A DNA stretch of 64,000 nucleotides from Thermoanaerobaculia bacterium (lineage in GTDB: Bacteria; Acidobacteriota; Thermoanaerobaculia; Gp7-AA8), in the NCBI GenBank assembly GCA_038244815.1, contig JBBRTB010000016.1, positions 29,056-93,055 of the forward strand, read 5' to 3'. Below the pieces are notes generated by a model. That model was given only the letters and a program-made list of their open reading frames with translations. It was not told the origin of the DNA and made no database searches. Numbering within the stretch: position 1 is the stretch's first letter; each line of letters begins with the position of its first letter. Made by a program: the position numbers and the translations under genes. This document shows positions 29,259 through 40,250 of this stretch, in pieces.

Positions 29259-30551
29259 TCACGGATAGATCCGGTTCAACATGCGCGGATACGGAATGGT
29301 CTCGCGCAAGTGTGGCACGCCGCTCACCCACGCCACCATGCGCTCGATACCCATCCCGAATCCAGAGTGCGGGAAGGTGCCGTACTTGCGAACATCGAGA
29401 TACCACTGGAATTTGTCGATGGGCAGGTTGTGGTCCTTGATGCGCTGGAGCAGCAGATCGTGATCGTGAATGCGCTGGGAGCCGCCGATGATCTCGCCGT
29501 AGCCCTCGGGCGCGATCATGTCCAGACCGAGAACCACATCCGGATCCTTCGGATCGGGCTGCATGTAGAACGCTTTGATCGAGGTCGGATAGCGCGAGAT
29601 CATCACGGGCCGGTCGAATGAATTCGCGATGACCGTCTCCTCGTCGCCGCCGAAGTCGTCACCGAAGCTGACGTTCATGCCCTTCGTCTTCAGGAGCTCG
29701 ATGGCTTCGCGATAGGTGATGCGCGGGAACGGCTTCTTCACGTTCTCCAGCTTCGTCACGTCGCGCTCGAGCGTCTTCAGCTCTTCCTGGCAGCGATCGA
29801 GCGCGCGCCCGACCAGATATTCGACGAAGTCCTCGGCCAGTCTCTCGAGACCGTCGAACTCGAGAAAGGCCACCTCGGGCTCGACCATCCAGAACTCCAT
29901 GAGGTGCCGCCGCGTCTTCGATTTCTCGGCGCGGAACGTCGGCCCGAAGCAGTAGACGCGTCCGAACGCCGCGGCCGCGGGCTCGAGATAAAGCTGACCC
30001 GATTGCGACAGGTAGGCCTTCTCGCCGAAATAATCGGTCTCGAAGAGCGTGGACGTTCCCTCCGCTGCATTCGCGGTGAGGATCGGCGAGTCGATCAGGA
30101 CGAAGTCGCGGTCGTAGAAGAAATCGCGGATGCCCTTCTCGATCTCATTGCGCACGCGCAGCACGGCGTACTGCTTCGAGGAGCGCAGCCAGAGATGCCG
30201 CAGGTCCATGAGGAACGCCGTGCCGTGCTCTTTGGGCGTGATCGGATAGTCCTGGGCCAGCTGCATGACCTGGAACGACTCGACGCCGAGCTCCACCCCG
30301 CCCGGCGCGCGCTGCTCGGCACGCACGGTCCCGGTGACGCGCACGCTCGACTCCTGCGTCACTTCCTCGGCGGCCTTCCACGTCTCCTCGGAGACCTCCT
30401 TCCGGAAGACCACGCACTGCAGGTAGCCGCTGCCGTCGCGGATGATCGGAAACTGCAGCTTCCCCGAGCTGCGCTTGTTGTAAAGCCAGCCGTCGATGGT
30501 GACCGTTTCGCCGATGTGCTGCGGGAGCTCCTTGATGCGGACAGAGGACAT
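29259..30551 (-). CDS. asnS: Asparagine--tRNA ligase (class II). An archaeal-type AspRS is not excluded.
   Basis: KRSSGKLQF anticodon-binding region. [21 protein letters not shown] motif 2 and [10 protein letters not shown] motif 3. Start taken at MSSVRIKEL. Confidence 0.75.
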   Translation of the reverse strand: MSSVRIKELPQHIGETVTIDGWLYNKRSSGKLQFPIIRDGSGYLQCVVFRKEVSEETWKAAEEVTQESSVRVTGTVRAEQRAPGGVELGVESFQVMQLAQDYPITPKEHGTAFLMDLRHLWLRSSKQYAVLRVRNEIEKGIRDFFYDRDFVLIDSPILTANAAEGTSTLFETDYFGEKAYLSQSGQLYLEPAAAAFGRVYCFGPTFRAEKSKTRRHLMEFWMVEPEVAFLEFDGLERLAEDFVEYLVGRALDRCQEELKTLERDVTKLENVKKPFPRITYREAIELLKTKGMNVSFGDDFGGDEETVIANSFDRPVMISRYPTSIKAFYMQPDPKDPDVVLGLDMIAPEGYGEIIGGSQRIHDHDLLLQRIKDHNLPIDKFQWYLDVRKYGTFPHSGFGMGIERMVAWVSGVPHLRETIPYPRMLNRIYP

Positions 30552-30586
30552 AAGGCGGCGGATTATAGCGGCCCTCATTCCGCGCG

Positions 30587-32284
30587 TTACAGCCGCTCGA
30601 TCGACACAGCGATGTCCTGCGCCTGGGTATCGACCTCGGCGAGCTTCGACGCGAACCGCTCGATCTTCTCCGACTCGGTCGCGTAGAAGCGCTGATACGG
30701 CTCGAGGGCGGAGCTGATCCCACGGACCATACGGTCGATCTCCGTCGTCGACTCACGAACCAGCGACTCGCCCATCGTCGTCCGCAGCTCGTTGATCCGG
30801 TGCTTGAACTCGGTCTTGGCCTTGCTGCGCTTGTACGGAAGGATGAGGAAACTCGTCACCAGCAGCATCGTCGCCGCGGTCAGTCCGGTGACGTCGAGGG
30901 CCATGCTGCTGACCGCGGAGGTGATGATGTAGCCGAGCCCCAGCGCGCCGGCACCGAGGCCGAACGACTGGATGACGGCGCGGATGGCGTTGTCGATGAT
31001 GCGGCGGCTCTCGATGTTGACGTCGTACGAGGCCAGGCGCTGCTCGGCCTGCTTGCGCATGCGCGAGTAGACCTCCTCGCGGTTGTAGGCGAACTCCCGG
31101 CCGACGCGTCCGATCACGTCGCGGTCGCGGGCGTCGCGCGTGGCCTCGCGGTGAAACTCCTCGACCGTGGAGTTCCAGAGCTTCATGTTCTCGCGGATGA
31201 GCCAGTCCACCGACTCCTGGATCGTGGCGTCGATGCTGCCCTTGAATCCCTGGAAGACCTGGCGGTCGAACTCTTCACGGAAGCGCAGGCTGTCGCGCAG
31301 CAGCATCACGTGCTGGATGCGCACGTAGCGGTCGAGGAAATCGACGCCGCGGCGCTCGAGATCCATCATCAGATTGTCGACCCTGGCCACGAACTGCCTG
31401 AAGTTGCTCTCCAGATCGCCGCGGGCCCTGTCCAGCTGCGCGGTGATCGACTCGACGCGGGTCTTGTCCGCCTCGAGCAACTGGCGCCGCGAGTCGATGA
31501 CGATGAACTGCTTCTTCGACAGACTGGCGATCGTCTCGAGCGGCGCCTCCAGCTTGAGCCGCACCCGCTCCTTCTCCGACAGCACCTGGAACATGTAGTG
31601 CTCGAGCTCATCGAAGCCCCGCCGCGTCTTGGCACTGACGGGATAGATGACCGGATCGAATCCGAAGATGCCGCGGATGTTCGTATTCAGGTACTCGAGC
31701 ACCTGGGCGATCTCGGCGTCTTCCTTCGTGTCGACCTTGTTGAGGACGAAGACGACCTTCTTGCCCCACTCCCGGATGTACTCGAGGAACTTGCGCTCCG
31801 ACTCGGACAGCGGCCGGTCGATCGACGTCACGAACAGCACCAGGTCCGCGCGCGGGATGTAGTCCTCCGTGATCTCCTGATGGCGGGCCACGATCGAGTT
31901 CGTGCCCGGCGTATCGACGAGCGTGATGTTGCGGAGGAAGTCGATCGGGTAAAACTGCTCGACCACAAAATCGGAGATCTGCCGGAGCGTCTGGGTCTCC
32001 CCGAAGCGAAGCAGCGAGATGCGGTCGTCGACCGGAACCGGCCCTTCCACACGCAGCTTCGCGCCGAAGAGCGCGTTGATGAGCGACGACTTGCCGGCGT
32101 TGAACTCGCCGACGATGACGATCGTGAAGAGATCCTCCAGCGTCGCCAGGAGATCATCGACGCGGCCACGCTCGACGGCCTGCTCGCGGTCGAGCGTCTC
32201 CCGGAGCTGAACGAGGAGCTGCCCCTCGCGCCTCACCAGCGCCTGCACCTGCGGATCGACGACGGTATCGAAGATTCCCGGCAT
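30587..32284 (-). CDS. Bacterial dynamin-like GTPase
   Basis: G1 motif [13 protein letters not shown] and NKVD motifs, and a long C-terminal helical stalk. 565 aa. Confidence 0.7.
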   Translation of the reverse strand: MPGIFDTVVDPQVQALVRREGQLLVQLRETLDREQAVERGRVDDLLATLEDLFTIVIVGEFNAGKSSLINALFGAKLRVEGPVPVDDRISLLRFGETQTLRQISDFVVEQFYPIDFLRNITLVDTPGTNSIVARHQEITEDYIPRADLVLFVTSIDRPLSESERKFLEYIREWGKKVVFVLNKVDTKEDAEIAQVLEYLNTNIRGIFGFDPVIYPVSAKTRRGFDELEHYMFQVLSEKERVRLKLEAPLETIASLSKKQFIVIDSRRQLLEADKTRVESITAQLDRARGDLESNFRQFVARVDNLMMDLERRGVDFLDRYVRIQHVMLLRDSLRFREEFDRQVFQGFKGSIDATIQESVDWLIRENMKLWNSTVEEFHREATRDARDRDVIGRVGREFAYNREEVYSRMRKQAEQRLASYDVNIESRRIIDNAIRAVIQSFGLGAGALGLGYIITSAVSSMALDVTGLTAATMLLVTSFLILPYKRSKAKTEFKHRINELRTTMGESLVRESTTEIDRMVRGISSALEPYQRFYATESEKIERFASKLAEVDTQAQDIAVSIERL

Positions 32285-32294
32285 GGCTATGCGA

Positions 32295-33161
32295 TCACCT
32301 CGGCACTCTCACCAGGAGGGATTGTGGCACGCTCGTGAGCGTCAGTGGTGTGGGGAGCGTGAAGACCTCCCCGTCGATGCCCACGCGCAACGTGGCCCGG
32401 CGCGCCTGCATCTTCATGGCCGCCGTCCGGAAGGAGCGAAATCCCGGCGTCTCCAGGACCCGGCCGGCGAGGTAGTGGGCGACGAACTTCATCAGCGTCA
32501 GCCGCGGCACATGCGGCAGCCAGTAGACCGAAAGGCATCCGCTCTCCAGGTTTTCCCGCGACGCTTCGACGCCGATGCGTGACAGATCGTAAGGATTGTT
32601 CGACACCATGAGCACCGGTGTGCGAACGAGCTCCGAATGGTGCGCACTCTCGATGTGCAGCGTGACGTGCGGGTACTTGCGCAGCGTGCGGTAGGCCGCG
32701 TAGAGCCGGGCCTTCCAGCGGGGGTAATCGCGGCCATGCTCCTCCCGCCGCGCCACCAGCTCGGGATAGAGGCCGAGGGAGACGTTGTTGACGAAGAAGC
32801 GGTTGTTGATCCGGGCGGTGTCGACCTGGCGGGTGTCGCCGCTCATGACGACGTCCAGCGCCTCGCGCCAGCCGAGCGGGATTTCCAGGTCCCGGGCGAA
32901 GTGGTTGTACGTTCCTACGGGAATGACGCCCAGGACCGCATCGGTGTTGACCAGGGGCTGAACGACGTTGGTGATCGTGCCGTCGCCGCCGGCGGCCACA
33001 AAAAGCCCGACGCCCCGGGCGATTCGTTCACGGATTGTTTGCGTGCAGTCGAGACCGCGCGTGAGCGGGATCACCTCCAGGCCGGCCTTCCCCGCCGCGG
33101 CGGTCAATTGCTCACGCTCTGTTTCCGCGAGTTTCGCGCCTGAGGAGGGATTGAAGAACAT
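32295..33161 (-). CDS. Diacylglycerol-kinase-family lipid kinase (YegS/BmrU-like)
   Basis: Start taken at MFFNPSSG. AAGGDGT signature motif. Confidence 0.7.
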   Translation of the reverse strand: MFFNPSSGAKLAETEREQLTAAAGKAGLEVIPLTRGLDCTQTIRERIARGVGLFVAAGGDGTITNVVQPLVNTDAVLGVIPVGTYNHFARDLEIPLGWREALDVVMSGDTRQVDTARINNRFFVNNVSLGLYPELVARREEHGRDYPRWKARLYAAYRTLRKYPHVTLHIESAHHSELVRTPVLMVSNNPYDLSRIGVEASRENLESGCLSVYWLPHVPRLTLMKFVAHYLAGRVLETPGFRSFRTAAMKMQARRATLRVGIDGEVFTLPTPLTLTSVPQSLLVRVPR

Positions 33162-33240
33162 CGTTCCCGTGATTTTCGGCAATTTTCGACTCCACGCCGC
33201 CGGTTGAAGACGGCGCACCAAATTCGTCCAGAGGATCCCG

Positions 33241-36114
33241 ATGAAACGTCTTGTGATTCTGATCGCGATACACGTGATCGCGTTATCCTCCTTCGCGGCG
33301 GACAGCCCGAAAGAATGTACCCTTTGTGTCGGCGCCGTGTCCGGCCTGACCGCTCCGCCCACGGCGACAGTTCCCTTGCTGGTCGAGACGACAGTCAATG
33401 ACCTTGCCAACCTTGCCCAGCCAATGGATGCGCTCACTCCGCAACAGCGCGCCAAGACCGTGCTGGTGGTGCGCTACTCGACCGAGGAGGGGAAGGACCC
33501 GCTGCTCGACGTGGAGTCGAAAACAGCCACCATCGTCGAGTGGGCGCGCCTGCACGGACCGTTCGACGCGCTCGCCGCGGTGGTGGCGAACAACGATCCG
33601 GCCGTCGTGTCGTACGCGATCAAGCGCCTGGCCGTGACCGCGCAGGGGGCGAACGCCGCCGGCCGCATCGCCGTGGCGCACATGCCCTTCGACCAGCTCA
33701 AAGGGCTCTTCGAACATGGAGCGCAGTCGTATTTCGACGCCTTGATCGTCGATGGACAGGATGTCCAGCCCACTGCCGCCTGGCTGATGACCAACGATCC
33801 GGCCAAGAAGATCTACGCTGTGGTGACGGCGACCTCACCGAACGCGATGTTCGACCTCGCCCAGGCGCTCTCGCAGGGGGCCACACGTGCCTACCTCAAC
33901 AGTGCCGGCGAGAGCCCGAGCTACGCCGCTCTGGCCAGCTTCAACCAGGCTCTGAGCGGAGACTTCGCGTTCGATTCGACCTCGCGGACGGCCATTCTCG
34001 ACGCCAAAGGCAACAAGACTCCTACACCGGTGCTGACGTTCATCCGCGGAGAAGATCTCCGGGCGCTGGTTGTGCCGCGCGGCGACACGCAAACCACGAT
34101 CGTGGCCATTCCCAGCGATCAGTTCGAGAAGCCCAGGCGCGTGGACGCCGCGGGCGAGACCGCCATCACCGACACGGGCAAAAAAGGGGGAAGCCTGCTC
34201 GTCGGCGTCCGTCCCTCTCCCGATCCCTACGCCATCATCGTCGACCGGGCCGAAAAGCCCGATCAGAACGTGACCCGGGAAGCGATCGACGTGGCCACTC
34301 ATCGCGGCATCACCGTCGAGGAGATCATCCGCAATCACCAGGCCTACCAGTCGTTTCAGGAGTCGATCCGCCCTCGCTACATCGCCCGCGATATGACGAA
34401 GCTGCGCTTCGACATCGGCGGCGGCGCGGAGGCGGTCGAGGCCACCATCGCCGGCGACTACTTCGCCGACTCGAAGAACAACAAGGCCGACTGGATCTGG
34501 CAGGATTTCTACCTCAACGGTGTGAAGTGGAAGTACGGCCGCATCCCCGAGCTGCCGCTCATTCAGCCGGAGAAGGTCACCCAGCTCCCGCTCGATATCC
34601 ACCTCACGAACGAGTATCGCTACCAGCTCGTGCGGGAGACCGACGTGGCCGGTTATCACACATACGAGGTCCGATTCGAGCCGCCGCAGAACGCGCCGAT
34701 CTCGCTCCCGCTTTATCGCGGCACGGTGTGGATCGACGCCCGCACCTGGGCGCGCGTCCGCATCAGCATGGTCCAGCTCAACCTCACCGGCGAAGTGCTG
34801 TCGAACGAGGAGCGCGTCGACTTCCAGCCGTTCGCGGTCGAAGGCTACCGGCCGATCGAAGCCACCGATGTGGCGACGCGCGACGCCCGGTCGGTGCTGT
34901 GGCTGCAGCGCGAAGTGGCGGCGCAGCAGGTCGTCTCGGCCGCCGGACGCGCCAACGTGGTGCTCCGGTCGACGACGTTCAGCGACTTCCGCATCGATCC
35001 GGTCGACTTTGACGCATCGCTGGCGCAGGCTTCGGCGTCGGACGCGCGGATGGTCCGTGAGACGAAGGCCGGCCTGCGCTATCTCGAGAAGCGCGGCGAC
35101 GGCGAGCGCGTGGTCCAGGAAGGCTTCAATACTTCGCGCACGTTCCTCCTCGGCGGCATCCACCACGACGCTGGATTGCAGTATCCGGTCGTTCCCCTCG
35201 GCGGGATCGACTACTTCAACTTCAATCTGGGCGGCCGGGGCATCCAGACCAACGTCTTCTTCGCCGGCGTCATCCTCGCGGCGAACGCCACGCATCCCAA
35301 CGTCGCCAATACGCGTACGAACGCAGGCGTGGACTTCTTCGGCATCGCCATCCCGACCGACAACTCCATCTTCCGCGGTGGTGTCGAGCAGAAAGGTGAA
35401 GCGGTCAAGACGCTGCCGACGAATCTCACGCTGCGCGTGGGACATCCCGTCTTTGGATTCGGAAAAGTGGACGTCTCGTTCGGCCTGTCGCACACCACGT
35501 ATCAGCGCTCCCAGGACACCGCGCCGGACTTCGCCGTTCCAGCGGACACGTTCCAGGCCGGTCCGTCGATCGACGGGCAGTACTCGCGCTGGGGCTATAC
35601 GCTGACCGGCTTCTATGACTGGCGGACCCGCACGTCATGGCGTCCCTGGGGCAATCTGGCCGAATACAGTCCCGACCAGAAGACCTACACGACGTTCGGA
35701 GGAAGCTTCGGCAAGAGCTTCTACCTGCCGAGGTTCCAGCGCATCAGTGTCGACGTCAACTATCTCGACGGCAAGAACCTCGATCGTTTCTCGAAATACG
35801 AGCTCGGCTTCTTCGGATCGCAGCGCATCCACGGCATCCAGTCAGGCTCGGTGCGCGCGGAGAGCGCCATCCTCAGCCATCTGTCCTACGGCTTCGTGTT
35901 CAGCGATCAATTCCGGATCGAGGCGTTCTACGACCAGGGATTCCTGAGCGACAAGACCGCGGGCTACAGCCACGAGCCGTTCCAGGGCATCGGCGTTGCC
36001 GGGCAGACCGTCGGCCCGTACGGGACGCTGCTGCGTCTCGACATCGGCAAGACGGTCGGCCGCAACGCCCAGGGCGGGTTCGTGGCGAACGTGGTGTTCC
36101 TCAAGTTGTTCTAG
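33241..36114 (+). CDS. Large secreted protein, probably an outer-membrane beta-barrel (957 aa)
   Basis: Signal peptide. The C-terminal half has alternating-hydrophobicity strands. The C-terminal residue is Phe (…VFLKLF), typical of the OMP sorting signal. Confidence 0.45.
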   Translation: MKRLVILIAIHVIALSSFAADSPKECTLCVGAVSGLTAPPTATVPLLVETTVNDLANLAQPMDALTPQQRAKTVLVVRYSTEEGKDPLLDVESKTATIVEWARLHGPFDALAAVVANNDPAVVSYAIKRLAVTAQGANAAGRIAVAHMPFDQLKGLFEHGAQSYFDALIVDGQDVQPTAAWLMTNDPAKKIYAVVTATSPNAMFDLAQALSQGATRAYLNSAGESPSYAALASFNQALSGDFAFDSTSRTAILDAKGNKTPTPVLTFIRGEDLRALVVPRGDTQTTIVAIPSDQFEKPRRVDAAGETAITDTGKKGGSLLVGVRPSPDPYAIIVDRAEKPDQNVTREAIDVATHRGITVEEIIRNHQAYQSFQESIRPRYIARDMTKLRFDIGGGAEAVEATIAGDYFADSKNNKADWIWQDFYLNGVKWKYGRIPELPLIQPEKVTQLPLDIHLTNEYRYQLVRETDVAGYHTYEVRFEPPQNAPISLPLYRGTVWIDARTWARVRISMVQLNLTGEVLSNEERVDFQPFAVEGYRPIEATDVATRDARSVLWLQREVAAQQVVSAAGRANVVLRSTTFSDFRIDPVDFDASLAQASASDARMVRETKAGLRYLEKRGDGERVVQEGFNTSRTFLLGGIHHDAGLQYPVVPLGGIDYFNFNLGGRGIQTNVFFAGVILAANATHPNVANTRTNAGVDFFGIAIPTDNSIFRGGVEQKGEAVKTLPTNLTLRVGHPVFGFGKVDVSFGLSHTTYQRSQDTAPDFAVPADTFQAGPSIDGQYSRWGYTLTGFYDWRTRTSWRPWGNLAEYSPDQKTYTTFGGSFGKSFYLPRFQRISVDVNYLDGKNLDRFSKYELGFFGSQRIHGIQSGSVRAESAILSHLSYGFVFSDQFRIEAFYDQGFLSDKTAGYSHEPFQGIGVAGQTVGPYGTLLRLDIGKTVGRNAQGGFVANVVFLKLF

Positions 36115-36123
36115 GAAACAAAT

Positions 36124-36153
36124 AAAAAGCCCGGCGCGATGCCGGGCTTTTTG
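36124..36153. terminator. Bidirectional rho-independent terminator between convergent genes
   Basis: AAAAAGCCCGGC-GCGAT-GCCGGGCTTTTT. An A-tract and a T-tract flank a GC-rich hairpin. Confidence 0.6.
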
Positions 36154-36173
36154 TCGCATCCACTCTGGTCTGT

Positions 36174-37799
36174 CTAAGGTGTGGGTGCAGCGTTGAGTAC
36201 GTAGAAGTCAGCCGAGGCAAGCTCGATCCGGTTGCCGCGCGAGTCGAGTATGCGTGCGGTGACGCGGTGGCGTGCGTTGGAAAGCTTGGTCGTATCCATG
36301 GTGAATCGCCATCCGGAGTTGAGCGAACCGAGGAACGACGGGTTCTGGTCGTGGACATCAGGACGGGGGAACCCGTACTGGGCCTGTCCGACGTAGTCGC
36401 CGTCGATGATGATCTCCACCGCGGCCACGCCGTCGAAGTCGAGCGCCCATCCCTGCATGACCACGTTGCCGGTGACGTAGTCCTGAATCGGCGAGGGCAC
36501 GTCGATGTAGCCGAACGACGGCGAGTCCAGCGACGAGTCGGAGCACTTGAAGAACACCGGGATGCCCTGCGGTCCCGGAAGCTCGGTGATGGTCTGCTGC
36601 TGGTCGCCGACGCGAACCTTGAGCACGTGATTGCCCTCACGCACGCCGAGGTTCAGGAGGTTGCCGACATCGAGGGTGAACATGAAGCCCGAGCGTGGTG
36701 CATCGGGATAATTCGGATAGAACCGTTCCACGTCGTAGCGCGGGATGCCATAGCAGTTCGCGTAGCCGCCGAACGGCAGCGTGCAATCGTCGGTGGAGAG
36801 GTAGCGTACGCCGTCGATGAGCAGCTCGACGTAAGAAACGCGACCGAGATCGGCGCGGGCACCGAGGTCGAGAGCCCATCCGCGGACCGGGGTGATGCGC
36901 GCAAACGGACGAACCGGCGGCGAAACGACCGGCGGACCGGCGCTGACGCCGCAGTTGGTTCCGTAGAGCACGGCGTCGCGCTGCGGCTCGTCGATGTAAC
37001 CGAATGGATGGAGATTCTGCTCGCTGTTGAGGATCTGCACCTGGCGGCGGCCGATCAGGCGCGCGCTGCCGAGCTTGTCGGTGGCCCGCACTTCCAGAAG
37101 GTGAACGCCGTCCTGTACACGCGTGGTGTCCACGTTGGCGACGAAGCCGCTGAAGAGGGCTCCCGGAAAATCGGGGAACGTCGCGCCGACATCGGGCCGG
37201 GCATCCCCGTACATCGCCGACTGCATGATGCCGCCGTCGATGAGAACGTCGATGCGGGAGACACCGTCGGTGTCAGCGGCCCAGCCGGCCACCGGAAACG
37301 ATCCGGTGGTGTTGTAGGTGACATCGCCGCCACCGGGCTGATCGAGCGAGCCGAACGGAGTCTGATTGAGCGTGTTGTCGATGGTGACGGTGCGCCGGCC
37401 CAGCTCCTGAAGCGTCCCGTCGCTCAGATAGATCCGGACGTACACGGTGTGCGGACCGTTGGAGAACCGGCTGGCCAGAAATCCGGTCGTGAATCCGGGA
37501 GCGGTCTGATGAATCCCGGGATAGTTGGGATAGGCCTGCTCGATGTCGATGCGGGGCAGCGCCGTGATGGCACGGTACTGAAACTGATCGTCCACGTACA
37601 ACTCGATCTTCGAGATCTGCGCCGGATCGAGTGCCCATCCTCTGACGAGAACGACGCCACTCTGAACGGCCGCGGAATCCGGAAAATCAAGCGCTCCGCA
37701 GAATGCCCCCGCGGTGCAGTTCGTTTGCGCGATCAACGCAGGGGCCAGAAGCGCCGACAATAAGGCGAGAACCAGGCCGCGGGTAACCCATCTCCACAT
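36174..37799 (-). CDS. Secreted protein built from four tandem ~130-aa repeats
   Basis: Signal peptide. Repeats share GWAxD...I(D/E)xxIDG...Y(G/P)xPRxDV...YPxxP...GFxxxxD. 541 aa. Confidence 0.5.
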   Translation of the reverse strand: MWRWVTRGLVLALLSALLAPALIAQTNCTAGAFCGALDFPDSAAVQSGVVLVRGWALDPAQISKIELYVDDQFQYRAITALPRIDIEQAYPNYPGIHQTAPGFTTGFLASRFSNGPHTVYVRIYLSDGTLQELGRRTVTIDNTLNQTPFGSLDQPGGGDVTYNTTGSFPVAGWAADTDGVSRIDVLIDGGIMQSAMYGDARPDVGATFPDFPGALFSGFVANVDTTRVQDGVHLLEVRATDKLGSARLIGRRQVQILNSEQNLHPFGYIDEPQRDAVLYGTNCGVSAGPPVVSPPVRPFARITPVRGWALDLGARADLGRVSYVELLIDGVRYLSTDDCTLPFGGYANCYGIPRYDVERFYPNYPDAPRSGFMFTLDVGNLLNLGVREGNHVLKVRVGDQQQTITELPGPQGIPVFFKCSDSSLDSPSFGYIDVPSPIQDYVTGNVVMQGWALDFDGVAAVEIIIDGDYVGQAQYGFPRPDVHDQNPSFLGSLNSGWRFTMDTTKLSNARHRVTARILDSRGNRIELASADFYVLNAAPTP

Positions 37800-37913
37800 A
37801 TCCCCACTCCTCCAACCCGAAGATGACCTGAATGCTATGGCGTCAGCCGACGATACTCCGGTGAGTGTAAAAAATCAAATAATCGCCGTGCTGGGCAAGC
37901 CCATCGTACTTGT

Positions 37914-38912
37914 TTGCACGAGTTTATACTAAGCAGGGTGACATCTCAAAACGAGCCCGCCGCGACGGATTCAACCCTTCTCATCGACTCGGTTCGGGCG
38001 GCCGGGACGCGCATCCGCCCCTACATCCACCGCACTCCCCTCCTGCCGAGCCGCTCGATCTCGGAACGGGCCGGTGTGGAGGTGCGGCTGAAGTGCGAGA
38101 ACCTCCAGCGCGCCGGGTCGTTCAAGATCCGCGGGGCCATGAACGCGCTCCTGCAACTCACCCCAGAGCAGCGAAGACGCGGCGTCGTGGCGTTTTCCTC
38201 CGGCAATCACGCTCAGGGAGTGGCCCTGGCCGCCCGGACCCTCGGCATCAAAGCCACGATCGTCATGCCGGAGAATTCCGTGCAGACCAAGGTCGACGCC
38301 ACGAGAGCCTATGGTGCGGAGGTGGTCCAGGGCGGAGTCACCGCGGCCACGCGCGACACGGTCGCTCGCGAGATCGCCGGACGTACCGGGGCATCCGTGA
38401 TTCCGCCGTTCGACGACGAGCGCATCATCTCCGGCGCGGGAACGGTCGGTCTGGAAATGGTCGAGGAGTGGCCGGAAGTGACAGCGGTGATCGTACCGCT
38501 CGGCGGAGGCGGGTTGCTCTCCGGGGTCGCCGCCGCCGCCACGTCCGTGAAGCCCGGCATCGACGTCTACGGCGTCGAACCGGCCGCGGGAAACGACGGC
38601 GAGCAATCCTTCCGCAGCGGACGGATCGTATCGATCGATCCTCCGAACACCATCGCCGACGGTGCGCGCACTCTGGCCATCGGAGCGCTCAACTTCGCCG
38701 TGATCCGGGAACGGGTGAGGGACGTGGTCAGTGTCGACGACGCCGTCCTGCTCGAGACACTGAAATTCGCCATGTACCGTACGAAGCTGGTGATCGAGCC
38801 GACCGGAGCGCTCGGGCTGGCGGCGTTGTTCTCCGGAAAGGTGCGTCCGAGGGGACCCGTCGCGGTGGTCATCTCGGGAGGGAACCTGGATTTCAACCTG
38901 CTCTGCAAGTAA
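37914..38912 (+). CDS. PLP-dependent threonine/serine dehydratase (threonine ammonia-lyase family)
   Basis: Lys-PLP motif SFKIRGAMNAL and a Gly-rich loop. The real start may be the GTG at 37938. Confidence 0.7.
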   Translation: MHEFILSRVTSQNEPAATDSTLLIDSVRAAGTRIRPYIHRTPLLPSRSISERAGVEVRLKCENLQRAGSFKIRGAMNALLQLTPEQRRRGVVAFSSGNHAQGVALAARTLGIKATIVMPENSVQTKVDATRAYGAEVVQGGVTAATRDTVAREIAGRTGASVIPPFDDERIISGAGTVGLEMVEEWPEVTAVIVPLGGGGLLSGVAAAATSVKPGIDVYGVEPAAGNDGEQSFRSGRIVSIDPPNTIADGARTLAIGALNFAVIRERVRDVVSVDDAVLLETLKFAMYRTKLVIEPTGALGLAALFSGKVRPRGPVAVVISGGNLDFNLLCK

Positions 38913-38921
38913 ACCGCACGC

Positions 38922-40250
38922 ATGACCGGCAATCTCTTTGGCGATGCGGACAGCCGCGACGCCCCCGAAACTCCACGAGGGGATGCCCCCCTTCCGGAGC
39001 GTCTCCGCCCGAAATCGCTGGCCGACGTGATCGGGCTGGAGGAGATCCTCGGGCCGGGACGTTTTCTGCGCAATGCCATCGAGAGCGATCGCATCCCCTC
39101 GATGATCTTCTGGGGGCCGCCGGGATCGGGCAAGACCACGCTGGCGCGGATCATCGCCGGCACGACGCGCGCGCGATTCGTTCAATTCTCCGCGACCAGC
39201 ACGTCGATCAAGGACATCAAGACCCTGATGGAAGAGGCGCGCAAATCACGGCAACTGCGCGGATCGAAGACGATCGTCTTCATTGATGAAATCCACCGGT
39301 TCAACAAAGCGCAACAGGATGCGTTTCTGGGGTACGTCGAGTCGGGCGACATCACCCTCATCGGAGCCACCACGGAGAATCCGTCGTTCGAGGTGAACTC
39401 GGCCCTTCTGTCACGCAGCAAAGTGGTGGTCATCCCGGCGCTGGAACGCGAACAGGTCATCACCATCCTTCATCGCGCCATCGACGATCCGAGCGTCAGC
39501 CAATACGGAATCGAGATTCTGCCGGACGCGCTCGACTTCATCGCCGCTACTTCCGCGGGCGATGCGCGACAGGCGCTGAATTCACTGCAGCTCGTCGTGG
39601 AGACGGCCACGAAGGAAGACGGGCCCATCGACGCCCCGAAGATCAGGACGATCCTGCAGCGCCGCTCCCTGATGTATGACAAATCGGGCGACGAGCACTT
39701 CAACATCATCTCGGCGCTCCACAAGTCGGTGCGCAACGGCGATGCCGATGCCGCCGTGTACTGGCTGGTGCGCATGCTCGAGGGGGGCGAAGACCCGCTC
39801 TACATCGCCCGGCGCATGGTGCGTGCGGCATCGGAGGACGTCGGCAACGCCGACCCGCAGGCTCTGGTCTTCGCCATCGCCGTCCAGCAGACCGTTCATT
39901 TCCTGGGCATGCCCGAGGCCGGAGTCGCGCTCGCCCAACTCGTCACGTACCTGGCGGCGGCGCCGAAATCCAACGCGGCGTACGTGGGCTACGGCGAAGC
40001 GGTGACCGAGGTGCGCCAGGGTGACAACCCTCCCGTGCCGCTGCACATCCGCAACGCACCCACGCGTCTCATGAAGGACCTTGGCTACGGCCAGGGATAC
40101 AAATACGCCCACGACTTCGAGGATCAGACCGCGGCGATGGACTGCCTGCCCGATGCATTACGGGATCGCCGGTTTTACGAACCGAAGGATGCCGGATTCG
40201 AGCGCGAGATGCGCGAGAGGCTGGAGCGAATGCGGAAGGCGCGGAAATGA
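38922..40250 (+). CDS. rarA: Replication-associated recombination protein A (AAA+ ATPase)
   Basis: Walker A GPPGSGKTT, sensor motifs and the MgsA C-terminal domain. 442 aa. Confidence 0.85.
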   Translation: MTGNLFGDADSRDAPETPRGDAPLPERLRPKSLADVIGLEEILGPGRFLRNAIESDRIPSMIFWGPPGSGKTTLARIIAGTTRARFVQFSATSTSIKDIKTLMEEARKSRQLRGSKTIVFIDEIHRFNKAQQDAFLGYVESGDITLIGATTENPSFEVNSALLSRSKVVVIPALEREQVITILHRAIDDPSVSQYGIEILPDALDFIAATSAGDARQALNSLQLVVETATKEDGPIDAPKIRTILQRRSLMYDKSGDEHFNIISALHKSVRNGDADAAVYWLVRMLEGGEDPLYIARRMVRAASEDVGNADPQALVFAIAVQQTVHFLGMPEAGVALAQLVTYLAAAPKSNAAYVGYGEAVTEVRQGDNPPVPLHIRNAPTRLMKDLGYGQGYKYAHDFEDQTAAMDCLPDALRDRRFYEPKDAGFEREMRERLERMRKARK

